40,188 nucleotides of DNA from Leucoraja ocellata (taxonomy: Eukaryota): assembly GCA_036785375.1 (NCBI GenBank), contig JAWMAR010000030.1:5890001-5930188 (forward strand), in the 5' to 3' direction. Below the pieces are notes generated by a model. It was not told the DNA's origin, ran no database searches, and saw only the letters and a list, made by a program, of their open reading frames with translations. A program made the position numbers and the translations under genes. How positions within the stretch are numbered: position 1 is the stretch's first letter; the number at the start of each line of letters is the position of its first letter. Below, one piece after another: positions 1 through 10,589 of the stretch.

Positions 1-1231
1 CAAATTAATAAACTTTTCCATGTCTTGGAGTTCATTGTTTTTACATAACATATTTAGTTGATTGTTTTTCTCAATAAAATACTTTGTCTGCACAGGGGTT
101 TGCCAATTGTATTCATGCTGATTCTTTTAATTATTATTGATATACGGAATTGCTTCAAAAAGGGAATACAACTATCCAACTTCTGAAAGCCAACAAAACT
201 GCAATCTCAGTCATACTTCCTGAAACTCAAATACTTTCAAGTTTCTTATTCTGAAATGGTGATGAAGTGATTATTGTAATTAAATTGCATTGAATAATGT
301 TATTCCATCCCATAGCCATGGAAGTAAATTGCTACTCATTTATTTTGTTTCACTAGCGATCTTTGAACTCCCTTCCTGACAACACTTGCAGTGCCTTCAC
401 AGGCAGCTTGGAGGCACTTACACATCACAAATTAACCCCGTCTACAGCAGGCCAGGGTTCAATACCACCACGTCAAGAGCAACAAACCAGTTTGGACACA
501 CTTACATACCACGAATTATTTTTTTTTAATCCAAAGGACACAAAAATTTTTACCAGTTATTGAAGGTTCAGCTTCATATATATCTGTAAATAAACCAAAT
601 AAAAATGTGGCGAATGGAGCAGTTACACAGAAGTCTCCCTTGAATTTCATGAGGATGGCAGTGGAAAACAAAGGCTTGGCCTGTGATTTTCTGAAAACTA
701 TAGTTCTTTAGCATCAATATGGTGGAGAATTTAAGAACATCAACTACCTCTTGAAATGTGTGTCTACTTACCTGACAATGCAAATGTAAGTTCAGTTGTT
801 TATGAAGATATTTATGAAGATATAACAGTAGGTTTTTTTTATTGAGAAGGCCACATCCTCAGAGGATTGTCATCTGGAGGCTTTGAACTATTTGGCATTT
901 CACACTTAATATTCTGTGATGGAGCGGACACCTCAGGGCAACGCTGCCAAAGTCAGAGAAGTCAGTAAACTGGAGTTGCAATTAAAACTGGAATTGACAA
1001 GGTTATTCTTCTAAAAGGAAAAACTGAAACAATTCCCAATGGAGAACAGCTGTGAAAGGCTGCTCGTTATGCCAAAAATTAATGTTCTTTATGGTTGAAG
1101 AAAGGAATTGAGCTGGATTGGGGAGTAAAGTGGTGAGACAAAAGAGAGAAATGTTCTCCTTAAATATGGAATTCAATTTGAACCTAATAGCTGGAAAAGC
1201 CCAAAATGGCATGTATAAGATAAGAGGTTTT

Positions 1232-2548
1232 TGCCCCATAGCTACGCCTTGGATTTGGAGGAAATGGGAGGAGTCAAAGGACGCACATGGGCCCGAGCTA
1301 TGCCTTCTTCTTTGTAGGGTACATCGAAAATCCTTGTTCGAGGCGTACCGTGGGCCTATCCCCGAACTCCACCTCCGCTACATTGACGACTGCATTGGTG
1401 CTACCTCCTGCGCCCATGCAGAACTCACTGACTTCATCCATTTCACCACTAACTTCCATCAAGCACTCAAATTTACCTGGACCATTTCCGACATCTCCCT
1501 CCCGTTTCTAGACCTTACCATCTCCATCGCAGGTAACAGACTACTGACCGACATCTACTACAAACCCACTGACTCCCACGGCTATCTGGACTACACTTCT
1601 TCCCACCCTGCTTCCTGTAAGGACACTATCCCTTACTCACAATTCCTCCGTCTACGCCGCATCTGCACCCAGGATGAGGTGTTCCAAACCAGGGCATCGG
1701 AGCGTCCTCATTCTTTAGGGAACGGGGGTTCCCCTCTTCGACTATAGATGACGCTCTCACCAGGGTCTCCTCTATATTCCGTAGCTCCATTTTCACACCC
1801 CATCCACCCCCCCCCCCTCATAACAAGGACAGAGTCCCCCTTGTCCTCACCTTCCACCCTACCAGCCGTCGCATAAAACACATAATCCTCCGACATTTTC
1901 GGTACCTCCAACGGGTTCCCACCACTGGCCACATCTTCCCATCTCCTCTCCTTTCTGCTTTCCGCAGAGACCGTTCCCTGGTCAATTCGTCCCTTCCCAC
2001 CCAAACCACCCCCTTTCCCTTGTACTTTCCCTTGCAACTGCAGGAAATGCTACACTTGTCGCTTTACCTCCCCCCTCGACTCCATCCAAGGACACAAGCA
2101 GCCTTTCCAGGTGAGGCAGAGGTTCACCTGCACCTCCTCCAACCTCATCATTTGCATCCGCTGTTCCAGGTGTAAACTGCTCTACATTGGTGAGGCTTGG
2201 CAATCTTGCAGGCTTGGCAATCGCTTCGCCCAACAGCTCCGCTCAGTTCGCAATAACAAAACTGATCTCCCGGTGGCTCAGCACTCCAACTCCCCCTCCC
2301 ATTCCGAATCTGACCTTTCTGTCCTGGGCATCCTCCAGGGCCAGAGTGAGTTCCACCACAAATTGGAGGTGTAGCACCTCATATTTTGCTTGGGTAGTTT
2401 ACACCCCAGCAGTATGAACATTGACTTCTCCAATTTCAGGTAGTCCTTGCTTTCTCCTTCCTTCCCCTCCCCGTCCCAGCTCTCCCACAGCCTATGCCTC
2501 TTCCTTTCTTTTTCCTTCCCGCCCCCCCCCCCCAGCATTTTGTCTACC
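1232..2548 (+). mobile_element. 5'-truncated, frameshifted Penelope-like retroelement (RT C-terminal half plus GIY-YIG endonuclease)
   Basis: RT motifs MGPSYA, LRYIDD, FLDL and YYKPTD (1287-1750). GIY-YIG-type NLIICIRCSRCKLLYIGE..RLGNRF (2111-2374), then a pyrimidine-rich tail and a terminal-repeat remnant CAGCATTTTGTCTACC. Confidence 0.92.
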
Positions 2549-4128
2549 ATCAGATTCAATAATCTGTTTCAGCAGGTCTAGTTGAGAAAAATATTGACTA
2601 GGAAATTTAGCAAACGCCCTCTGCTTCTTTGATAGTATGTCATCTGATTTTTCGGGTACCACTCAGCCATTCCGAAAGACCACATCAAAGTTAATCCGGC
2701 CTGTTCTCTGCCATGAGATGTCAGCCTAGTTCTTGTCAATCATCTTAAGTTGAAACAGTTGAGCCACAACTGAGATCTCAAATTATTGTGTATGCTAATT
2801 ACATTTACAACAGTTTTTCCCTCAATAGTTTATTGTGAACAGATTTAAAGTGCAGATAATGAAGTCTAGGTATTTCTTATTTTAATAGGCCAATAAAAAA
2901 GAAACATCAAATGTCTAAAGAGGGGGGGGGGGGGAATGTAGCCTTGCTATATATCTGTTAATTAAATGGAAATTAAGGTAGTTAAACATGCATTTCTCTC
3001 CCCAACCTGCTGAATTGAGCCCAACACATTTCACTGAGGAGCTTTGCTGTAACTTCTTGCAGGTTAGTTACCATACATTTGCATGCCAAATCACCCCACC
3101 TAACATGATATTGATTATAAATGTGGCAAGCAGCCCTGAAACTTTGTTCTTTGACCTAAGCAATGCGTGACACAGGATCACAAGTTGTATGAAACACGCT
3201 CATGTACGTTTTAAGATTAATTAAAAAATTGAACTCTGAATTTTGCAAAGTGGTTAAACAATTCGTTTGTGGCATTGTTCCAATTTGCATCTTGGCCAAT
3301 TTCCCCTCGTTTATATACCTCTCTTTTAATTTATATTTTTTGAGCACCTAGGTATACTGACAAGACCAGAATTTGTCTGTTCCCGTCACCTTTGAAATGT
3401 GCGTGTTGCTAGGCCATTTCAAAGCGTGCTTAATATTGGTAGGTCTGGAGGCATTTCAGGCCACACGGGTAAGGACAGCACATTTCTTCCCCTGACGTTG
3501 GTAAAGCACATAACTATTTCCGATAAGCTGATTGTTTTGTGATCATCGTTGATAGTTTTGCGATCAGCATTATCAAAATTCCACAACAACCATGGTTGAT
3601 TTGAATTCAAGGCTATGGATTATCAGTGAGATAACTTAATTGTCACGCCACAACTATTATTTGACCAATCCTGTGGGCTTCTAACTATTCTAAACGTATC
3701 GATCAGAATCATTGTAGTTCTAAAGGAGAACTGTGTTCTCTGAGCTGAAACGTAAACCAAGGCCGTGTCGGTGCTTAAATACCATGAAAAATATCTCCTC
3801 AGAATACTAAGGTTTTTTTGTAGTATCCTGGCTTACATTTGGATGTCAATTGACTCACTGATGATAATCGAACTGGTCATTCACCTAGTCCTAGTTGCGT
3901 GCAAATACTTGCCATCTTGCTCTGTGTAACAAGTGACTGCACTTTGAATGCGAAGAATGTTTGAGATCTTTATAAATGAAAGACAACTTTTTTTCTACTT
4001 GATCAGTGCAGTTCATCAATAAGCCCTCTTCACCGATCTCAATTCACAAAAGGGAAGGAGAAAAATGTTTTAACCTTTGGCACATTATCAGGATTAGATC
4101 AATGACTAGTATAAGCACATTTGGATAC

Positions 4129-6149
4129 TTTATTGCAAAAATATGAGTTGCATTTCCTAGCACTGCAATTAAATACCAATTGGTACATACATTTTCCAGT
4201 TCACATTTCATCGGCTGTAATAGCTGTACACATTTTAACAAGAATACATTAGCAATAATATCAAGCATTCTAAGCAGACAAGTATGAAAGTACAGTAAAA
4301 ATCTGTAAACCATTTTCTGCAATAAATTCTTCAACTCCACAAATGTACACCCGTAACTTTTAAATTCAGTAATCTTTACAAGATATACACAAGGGTGTGA
4401 ACAGCAGAAAATAACTTTCCTCTCACCGGTGGAACAGTTACTTCCATGTAACAGCAGACATTACAACAGCTTATATTAAGCATTGACTGCTGACACTTCA
4501 CATAGATCTTTAGCAGTTTGGAAAATTGGCAAGGCTTTACAAACTTCCGCAAAGCAGTATAATGCACATCATAAAAATAATAGATGAATAAGAGGAAATT
4601 GAAGGCAAGCTCCTCTGGGTCCAGCAGATTATTTTGGGCTGGAACCCGTTGAATATGGCCGTCTCATTGCCTTCTAACTTCCTGCTAATTATCCGATCTT
4701 CATACATCCAATCTCCTTTTCCACTATTTGTCACATCATCACACTCAAGCTCAATGTCCGAGAACACACACACTTCAATAATTACATTTAACCTCCATCC
4801 TTCATTATTCTGAGTGTACAGCAGCATCTTATCCCTGGTGGCCCTCTGTGAAACAATATCCATACCCTAACATTAGATCCAAAATCAAATAGAGTTTCTA
4901 TTATATACATTTCCACAAGACAGTGAATGTCAATGTGTTTTTGCTCTTACATGAGTGTTACAAAAATAAAAACTTGTTCACAATTGGCAAGAAACCAAGT
5001 ACGCAACCAAACAAATTAGGATTGCATTAAAGCTGGACAGAAAGCTGAATTTGCACACTGGTTGATCATTTAATACACTTCGAGTTCCAACATCTGAGAT
5101 TCCTGCATGTGAAGTTGATCAGTTGCTGCAGAAATACACACTGAAAGAACAACAGGGTTCAGATTCTACAGAACCTTGCTGATCCACCCAATTCCACGCT
5201 CCATTATTTGTAAAACCAGTAACCTAACAAATCAAATTTGCAAAACACCTTGGATAAATTAGAAAGAAAATGTAGATGAAAACATTAAACATCCATCGCC
5301 AGTACAGATGCTGGAGATACACAGTAGATCAGGCCACATCCAGTACAGACGCTGGAGATACACAGCAGATCAGACCACATCCAGTAAGTGGGAAACAAGA
5401 GTTAACAATTCAGACTGATGACCCAAATGTTACCCATTTTCTCTTCCCAGGTACTGCCTGACCTGGTGAGTATTTCTAGCATCCGGTATTTTATTTTAAA
5501 CATCCGGTAGCTAGATTTAAACTTTTAATATCATTTTTTTGAGGTTGAAACCATCAAGCCCTACATAGATTTTGAGGTTTATGTTAAGAAACATCACAAA
5601 GGTGGTCCTTGTACTTATTTTAATACAAAATATTTCAACAGTTAATTTTAATTTTAATTGGGCAAATTAAATTGTGTACTGTAAAATTTCTGGTACAACT
5701 TAACAACATGTAAACTATAAAATGCATTCAGATCATTCTACTGTAGTAGAGATGTTTCACATTTTACCTCAATGTAATGATCCAAATTATCAGTGTCTAG
5801 AGACTACTTGGTCAGATTACATTGCAGAATTGCAATAATTATGTACATCTGCAGGATAGCAGTGCAGTTGCTACATCCAGCATCAGAACTTCAAACTTAA
5901 TTTCTAAATAATAACCAAATATTTTTTATTTTATAATTTAAATAATTCTATCTCAAGCCTTCATCAGTTTTCATTTATACTAATCATTAAATGCACTATC
6001 AATTCTCAATATCACAGCTGATAAGTGATAACTTTTACAGAGTTACTATACATTCAGTTAGTAGCAATATCAGTTTTTAGTCCCAGCATTAGTCTACTTT
6101 AAGATAATTGCCGCGAAACCCATCATTGGTTTTGGCCTGATCACAAAGG
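4129..6149 (-). other. USP54: Probable USP54 3' UTR; candidate AATAAA signals at 5925-5930, 5490-5495 and 4129-4134
   Basis: AT-rich sequence downstream of the stop codon, with TTTATT on the plus strand at the listed positions. The true transcript end cannot be determined from sequence alone. Confidence 0.4.
5299..5490. mobile_element. Palindromic Penelope terminal-repeat-derived element with an internal 41-bp tandem duplication
   Basis: Imperfect inverted arms (ATGCTGGAGATACACAGCAGATCAG / CTGACCTGGTGAGTATTTCTAGCAT). Duplicated units at 5299-5339 and 5340-5380; central CTGATGA at 5415-5421. Confidence 0.7.
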
Positions 6150-6856
6150 TCAGTGTCGTTGTTTAAATCGTGCCATATACTGACTGCAGTTCTGGCAGTA
6201 GACCTCACCAGCATCTGTGAGAACCAGCTGGCATAGAGCACACGGGCGACCTCTGGTGGCAGGTCGTGAAGTAGTCTGTTCAGCTAATGGCCTCCTTGAA
6301 TACACACCAGTACCATTGGTCCTTGCAACAGTTCTGCTGGGCAAACACCTCCTATCACTGTTCTGAGACTGGGTGTAAACTGTCTTCCTCCAATCCTCAT
6401 CAGGAGGTACATCAAGACGAAGAGGACCTGAAACAGTGGACCGTGAAGACTTAAAGCAAGATTTCTGAGGTTCCAAAGTATTTGTCATGAAGTTGCCTTT
6501 TGGAGAAGTATTCTGGCCAATGCCATGCCTCAATCTGTAATTCCCAGGAAAAGTGTCAAAACTATCAGGCACCTCAGGTGTGGTTTGATATGGTGACCTG
6601 CTCAGTGTTGCCATGCTTGGTGGATCTTTGCAAAGTTGTTCGACCTTTGCCTTATCAGGAAGAACTGCTTGAGTAATTCTCTGCTTGATTATGTTTGCAA
6701 CATTAATCTGGTCTTTCCTGATGGGTCTCTGTCCTAAGGTTATTCTCTTCTCCGAGCGTGGCAAAGTACCATAGTTCACTGCAACACTCTGGTAGTTCTC
6801 GTGGTTGAGAGCTTCACCCCGGTCAAACACAGCCAGTAGTTTTTCGATGTTCTTGT
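6150..6856 (-). CDS. USP54: USP54 last coding exon (707 bp including TGA): KNIEKLLAVFDRG...VPPDEDWR...CALC...CQNC...KQRH*
   Basis: Within ORF 6150..6869. The first AG after the T-tract (6857-6858) is phase-1 compatible; DRG, NYxxLP and PPDxDWR motifs are shared with recalled human USP54. Confidence 0.88.
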
Positions 6857-7189
6857 CTATTTTCCACAAAAAACGTGTAAATTAAGATCATTATATTGAT
6901 CAGATCAAAACAGCAATAACAACATTCTACTCCAATTCTTCAGACTAATCCTTCAGTCATTTACCATAACTAATAGAGACCTTGATGAAATAAATACCAT
7001 TTGCACTGATGGGCTGAAGTGCACACGTTCCAATGCAAGGAGTGTTATGGGTAAGGGAGATGAATTTAGACCCTGGATTAGTGCATGGAATTGTGATATT
7101 CTGGCTTTTGCCCAGTTACTATATTTCAGACATGACTTAGGAGATAAAAGAAGAACCAAAGAGAATGTCACACTGAAGAACTCATCCAC

Positions 7190-7768
7190 TGAGGCAGTAT
7201 AGTAAGTCATGTTGCATCTTTATAAAACTTTGGTTTGAACACATTTGGTGTATTGCATGCAGTTCTAGTTTTCCCATTAAAGGAAGGATGTGGAGGCTTT
7301 GAAAAGGGTGTAAAAGAGTGCACCAGGGTATCGCCTGGACTAGAGAGTATTCGCTATAATGAGAGGATGAAGAAATCTGGATTATTTTCAAAAGGGTATC
7401 AACAACTAAGGGGAGCTAAGAGGAGATGTGATAGAATTTTATAAAATTATGAGAAACACAGATGGGGTAAAAATATCAAACACTGGAATGCAAATGTTTA
7501 AGATGGGGGGGGGGGGGGGAGAGTTTAAAAGACATATGCAGTGCAAGTTTTTTGTTACACAGAAATTGGAAGGTGCCTGGAACACAGTACCAGGGCGGGT
7601 TCTGGAAGCAGTCATGATAATGATGTTTAAAAGGCACATGAACATGCAGGGAAGGGAGGCATATGGATCACAGGCAGGCAGATAGGGTTAGTTTTAGTTG
7701 GCATCTTTGGTGGCAACAGACATTCTGAGATGAAGGGCCTATTAGTGCTTTCTGTTCTATGTTCTACA
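7190..7768 (+). mobile_element. Degenerate CR1-clade LINE 3' fragment
   Basis: Translations such as MIEFYKIMR and FFVTQKLEGAWNTVPGRVLEA resemble the CR1 ORF2 C-terminus; tail TTCTATGTTCTA. Confidence 0.8.
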
Positions 7769-7809
7769 TGGCTGTCCTAGCCAATCATTTGCTGAAATAA
7801 TATCAGATC

Positions 7810-7892
7810 ACAGGAATCACCACAGAATTTCCAACTGAACCCAGAACCTGTGAGGCAGCAACGCTAACTGTAGAGCCACTTTGCTGCCCTGT
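7810..7892 (-). mobile_element. tRNA-derived SINE head remnant
   Basis: Reverse complement GGGCAGCAAAGTGGCTCTACAGTTAGCGTTGCTGCCTCACAGGTTCTGGGTTCA resembles the head of the SINE at 38234. Confidence 0.55.
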
Positions 7893-8282
7893 GTGCTGCA
7901 ATACTGCAGTCATTCATGATCCATTGGATTTAATCCACAGCAAGACTGCATGTGTGTTTCTAGCTATTTAAACATTTTGAATCTTACTACAGAATAAAAA
8001 TAAATGGCACAAACATGTCAGAAATTATACAATTTTCCGATTTATTGGCATATGCTGAATGCCAGCAAATGATCAAACAAATCTTATGTTGCAAAATACA
8101 TGCGCGAATAGCACGGTGAACAGTTTAAACACATCCTAATTTGATATCTTAATACTGATATATATGTGAAATAGTACCATATGAAATTAGCACTAGCTAG
8201 ACAAGGGCTTTATAGACAAACGTTTGGACAAATGTACACTGAAAAAGACGTAAATGATAGTATTTTGTGCAAGCAGGATTAC

Positions 8283-8478
8283 CTGAAGCTCTGTTTGCAT
8301 CACCAGACATGTTGGGCTGAAGTGGATCAAACGAGAGGTGTTGTGGTAGGAAGGGATGATGTTGAGGGTAGGAGGCTAACACAAGAGGATCAGGGGAGGG
8401 GCCTTTGGTCACAGTCAATGAAGAGGAACTGACTGATCTGTTTTGAGGCTCCACTTGTTTTCTCACATTTGTTGTTTC
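8283..8478 (-). CDS. USP54: USP54 coding exon (196 bp): ETTNVRKQVEPQNRSVSSSSL...DANRAS
   Basis: Overlaps ORF 8197..8517; matches recalled human SNVRKPLE..SSSSSL. Weak acceptor TTGGAAG, donor CAG/GTAATC; phase 0/1. Confidence 0.8.
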
Positions 8479-8622
8479 CTTCCAACATAAGCGAACAATG
8501 ACAAAATGAAAAAACATTTCATGGAGACAAAGGAAATAAACTGGTTAAAATGTATTCAATTCACTATAGGCCAATTCAGACAGCCATTTTATGCCTTTGT
8601 TGCCGCAGGATGTTTTACTTAC

Positions 8623-8763
8623 GATACTGTGAGGAATAACCACAGGATTCTCTCTGTGGGCGAGGATGGTTCCACTCAGGCTGCGAGCAATACGACGGAA
8701 ATTCTCTGCACTGTAACTGTCATTTTCCAAGTTTTCTCTTGGAGAAAACTCATTGAAATGCAC
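8623..8763 (-). CDS. USP54: USP54 coding exon (141 bp): VHFNEF...YSAENFRRIARSLSGTIL...PHSI
   Basis: Overlaps ORF 8545..8838. Acceptor TTTTATAAG, donor GTAAGT; phase 0/0. Confidence 0.9.
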
Positions 8764-9184
8764 CTTATAAAATGAGATGTACACATAAATACATTTTAAA
8801 GTAAAAACTGGAAAACAGTTTAGGAAAAGTTCTAACATCTGTTAACTCATGCCCTAATTAATTTGACTAGCTGCTTTCCAATGATACAAATGCATACATA
8901 TTCTTCACTTGGACTCATTTCCCTTCAACATCAATGGCTATTTCTCGAGCAGCCTTAAAATGCATTCATTAGAAACAGCTTTATTTCCAATTTATTCATG
9001 AGAGTTCATTGACCTGAAGCATTAAATCTGTTTCTCTCTCCACAGATGCAGCTTGATTTGCTGAGTATTTTCAAGTCAACTCAAGTCAAGACAGTTTATT
9101 GTCATGTGTCCCAGATAGGACAATGAAATTCTTGCTTGCTGCAGCACAACAGAATATTGTGAGCAAAAATACAGAACAGTTCAG

Positions 9185-9270
9185 CTCCATAAATGCTGCT
9201 GCACCCAATGAGTTTCTCCAGCACTTTTGTCTACCTTCGATTTTCCAGCATCTGCAGTTCCTTCTTAAAC
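9185..9270 (+). mobile_element. Short Penelope terminal-repeat 3' fragment with a 10-bp flanking direct repeat
   Basis: Ends in CTACCTTCGATTTTCCAGCATCTGCAGTTCCTTCTTAAAC; AACAGTTCAG at 9175-9184 and 9268-9277. Confidence 0.8.
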
Positions 9271-9307
9271 AGTTCAGTTCAATATACACATAAATAAGCA
9301 GATATTT

Positions 9308-9778
9308 ACTAGAATGTTGCCTGGGTTTCAGCAACTAAGTTACAGAGAAAGGCTGAACAAGTTAGGTCTTTATTCTTTGGAGCGCAGAAGGTTAAGGGGG
9401 GGACTTGATAGAGGTCTTTAAAATGATGAGAGGGATAGACAGAGTTGACGTGGATAAGCTTTTCCCACTGAGAGTAGGGAAGATTCAAACAAGAGGACAT
9501 GACTTGAGAATTAAGGGACAGAAGTTTAGGGGTAACATGAGGGGGAACTTCTTTACTCAGAGAGTGGTAGCTGTGTGGAATGAGCTTCCAGTGAAGGTGG
9601 TGGAGGCAGGTTCGGTTTTATCATTTAAAAATAAATTGGATAGTTATATGGACGGGAAAGGAATAGAGGGTTATGGTCTGAGTGCAGGTAGATGGGACTA
9701 GGGGAGAATACGTGTTCGGCACGGACTAGAAGGGCCGAGATGGCCTGTTTCCGTGCTGTAATTGTTATATGGTTATAT
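9308..9778 (+). mobile_element. CR1-clade LINE 3' end (relatively young)
   Basis: ORF 9405..9701 (IEVFKMMRGIDRVD...TRGH...FFTQRVVAVWNELP); 3' GAAGGGCCGAGATGGCCTG stem and GTTATATG tail. Confidence 0.9.
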
Positions 9779-10470
9779 AAAGTGTAATAGGCTGTCACAG
9801 TTCAGAGTCTGTTTGTTGGCGAGTTTAATAGCCTGATGGCTGTGGGGAAGGAGCTGTTCCTGAACCTGGATGTAACAGATTTCAGGCTCCTGTACATTTC
9901 TGCCCGATGGTAGCGGAGAGATGAGTGCGAAGCCAGGATGGTGTGGGTCCTTGATGATGTTGGCTGCCTTTTTGAGGCAGCAACTGCAATAGATCCCTTC
10001 GATGGTGGGGAGGTCAGAGCCGATGATGGACTGGGCAGTGGTTACAACTTTCTGCATCTTTTTCAGCTCCTGGGAGCTTAAGTTGCCAAACCAAGCCACG
10101 ATGCAACCATTTATATTTCATTTGGATTATTCCACAGATTCTTCACGAGAAGATTGGCACAGTGTTTTAATTTGCCCGACAGAAGAATCATTTTGATAAA
10201 TCAAACTTTCTCTCAAAAGATCAAGATATATCTTTCAAAATGGTAACCAAAGACTTTAAGCTGTTAGATATGCACAATTTACCCTAATACACTATTTATT
10301 CGCACCATTAAACATGAACAGCCTGAGAGAAAGCAACAATTTAACATAAATAGTTGAACCTAGCACATTGCATCATATTTAAAAGCAGATTAAACTTCAA
10401 TTCAATTCAGAATGAAATTTATAACAAGTAAGGAACAATACGTGCCGTGTCTTACAAAGCTATCACGTAC

Positions 10471-10589
10471 CTTTGTGCTCACTGGTACAGCTGCTCGATA
10501 AGCACTGCGCTCAATCTCTGCAGTCGGAGTCTTTGATCGCCCTCTTTCAGGCGGAGAGAAGTGTTTTCTTGTAGCGTTTTGTGCAGAAA
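10471..10589 (-). CDS. USP54: USP54 coding exon (119 bp): SAQNATRKHFSPPERGRSKTPTAEIERSAYRAAVPVSTK
   Basis: Overlaps ORF 10402..10620; SKTPTAEIE resembles recalled human SKTSTAEME. Donor AAG/GTACGT; an in-frame alternative exon end lies at 10456. Confidence 0.85.

Larger units (their letters stand above)
9072..10110 (-). mobile_element. Rex1/Babar-like LINE 3' fragment, split by two nested insertions
   Basis: ORF 9773..10099 (AWFGN...KKAANIIKDPHHPG..LPSGR) is typical of this LINE C-terminus. The minus-strand 3' end with AATAAA and a (TTGAC/TTGAG)-type tail lies at 9072-9105. Confidence 0.78.

Noticed and set aside
765-774. Consensus minus-strand donor CAG/GTAAGT downstream of USP54
   Set aside because: No convincing acceptor or recognisable coding frame pairs with it.
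1118-1747. 209-aa ORF as an intact RT gene or host gene
   Set aside because: Chimeric frame: flanking DNA and the inverted piece read into a frameshifted, 5'-truncated Penelope RT.
4537-4863. 108-aa minus-strand ORF as an extra USP54 exon or separate gene
   Set aside because: Lies after the USP54 stop, has no good acceptor and no recognisable similarity.
5299-5386. Direct repeats as a CRISPR-like array
   Set aside because: Two adjacent 41-bp copies without spacers in vertebrate DNA; a simple tandem duplication.
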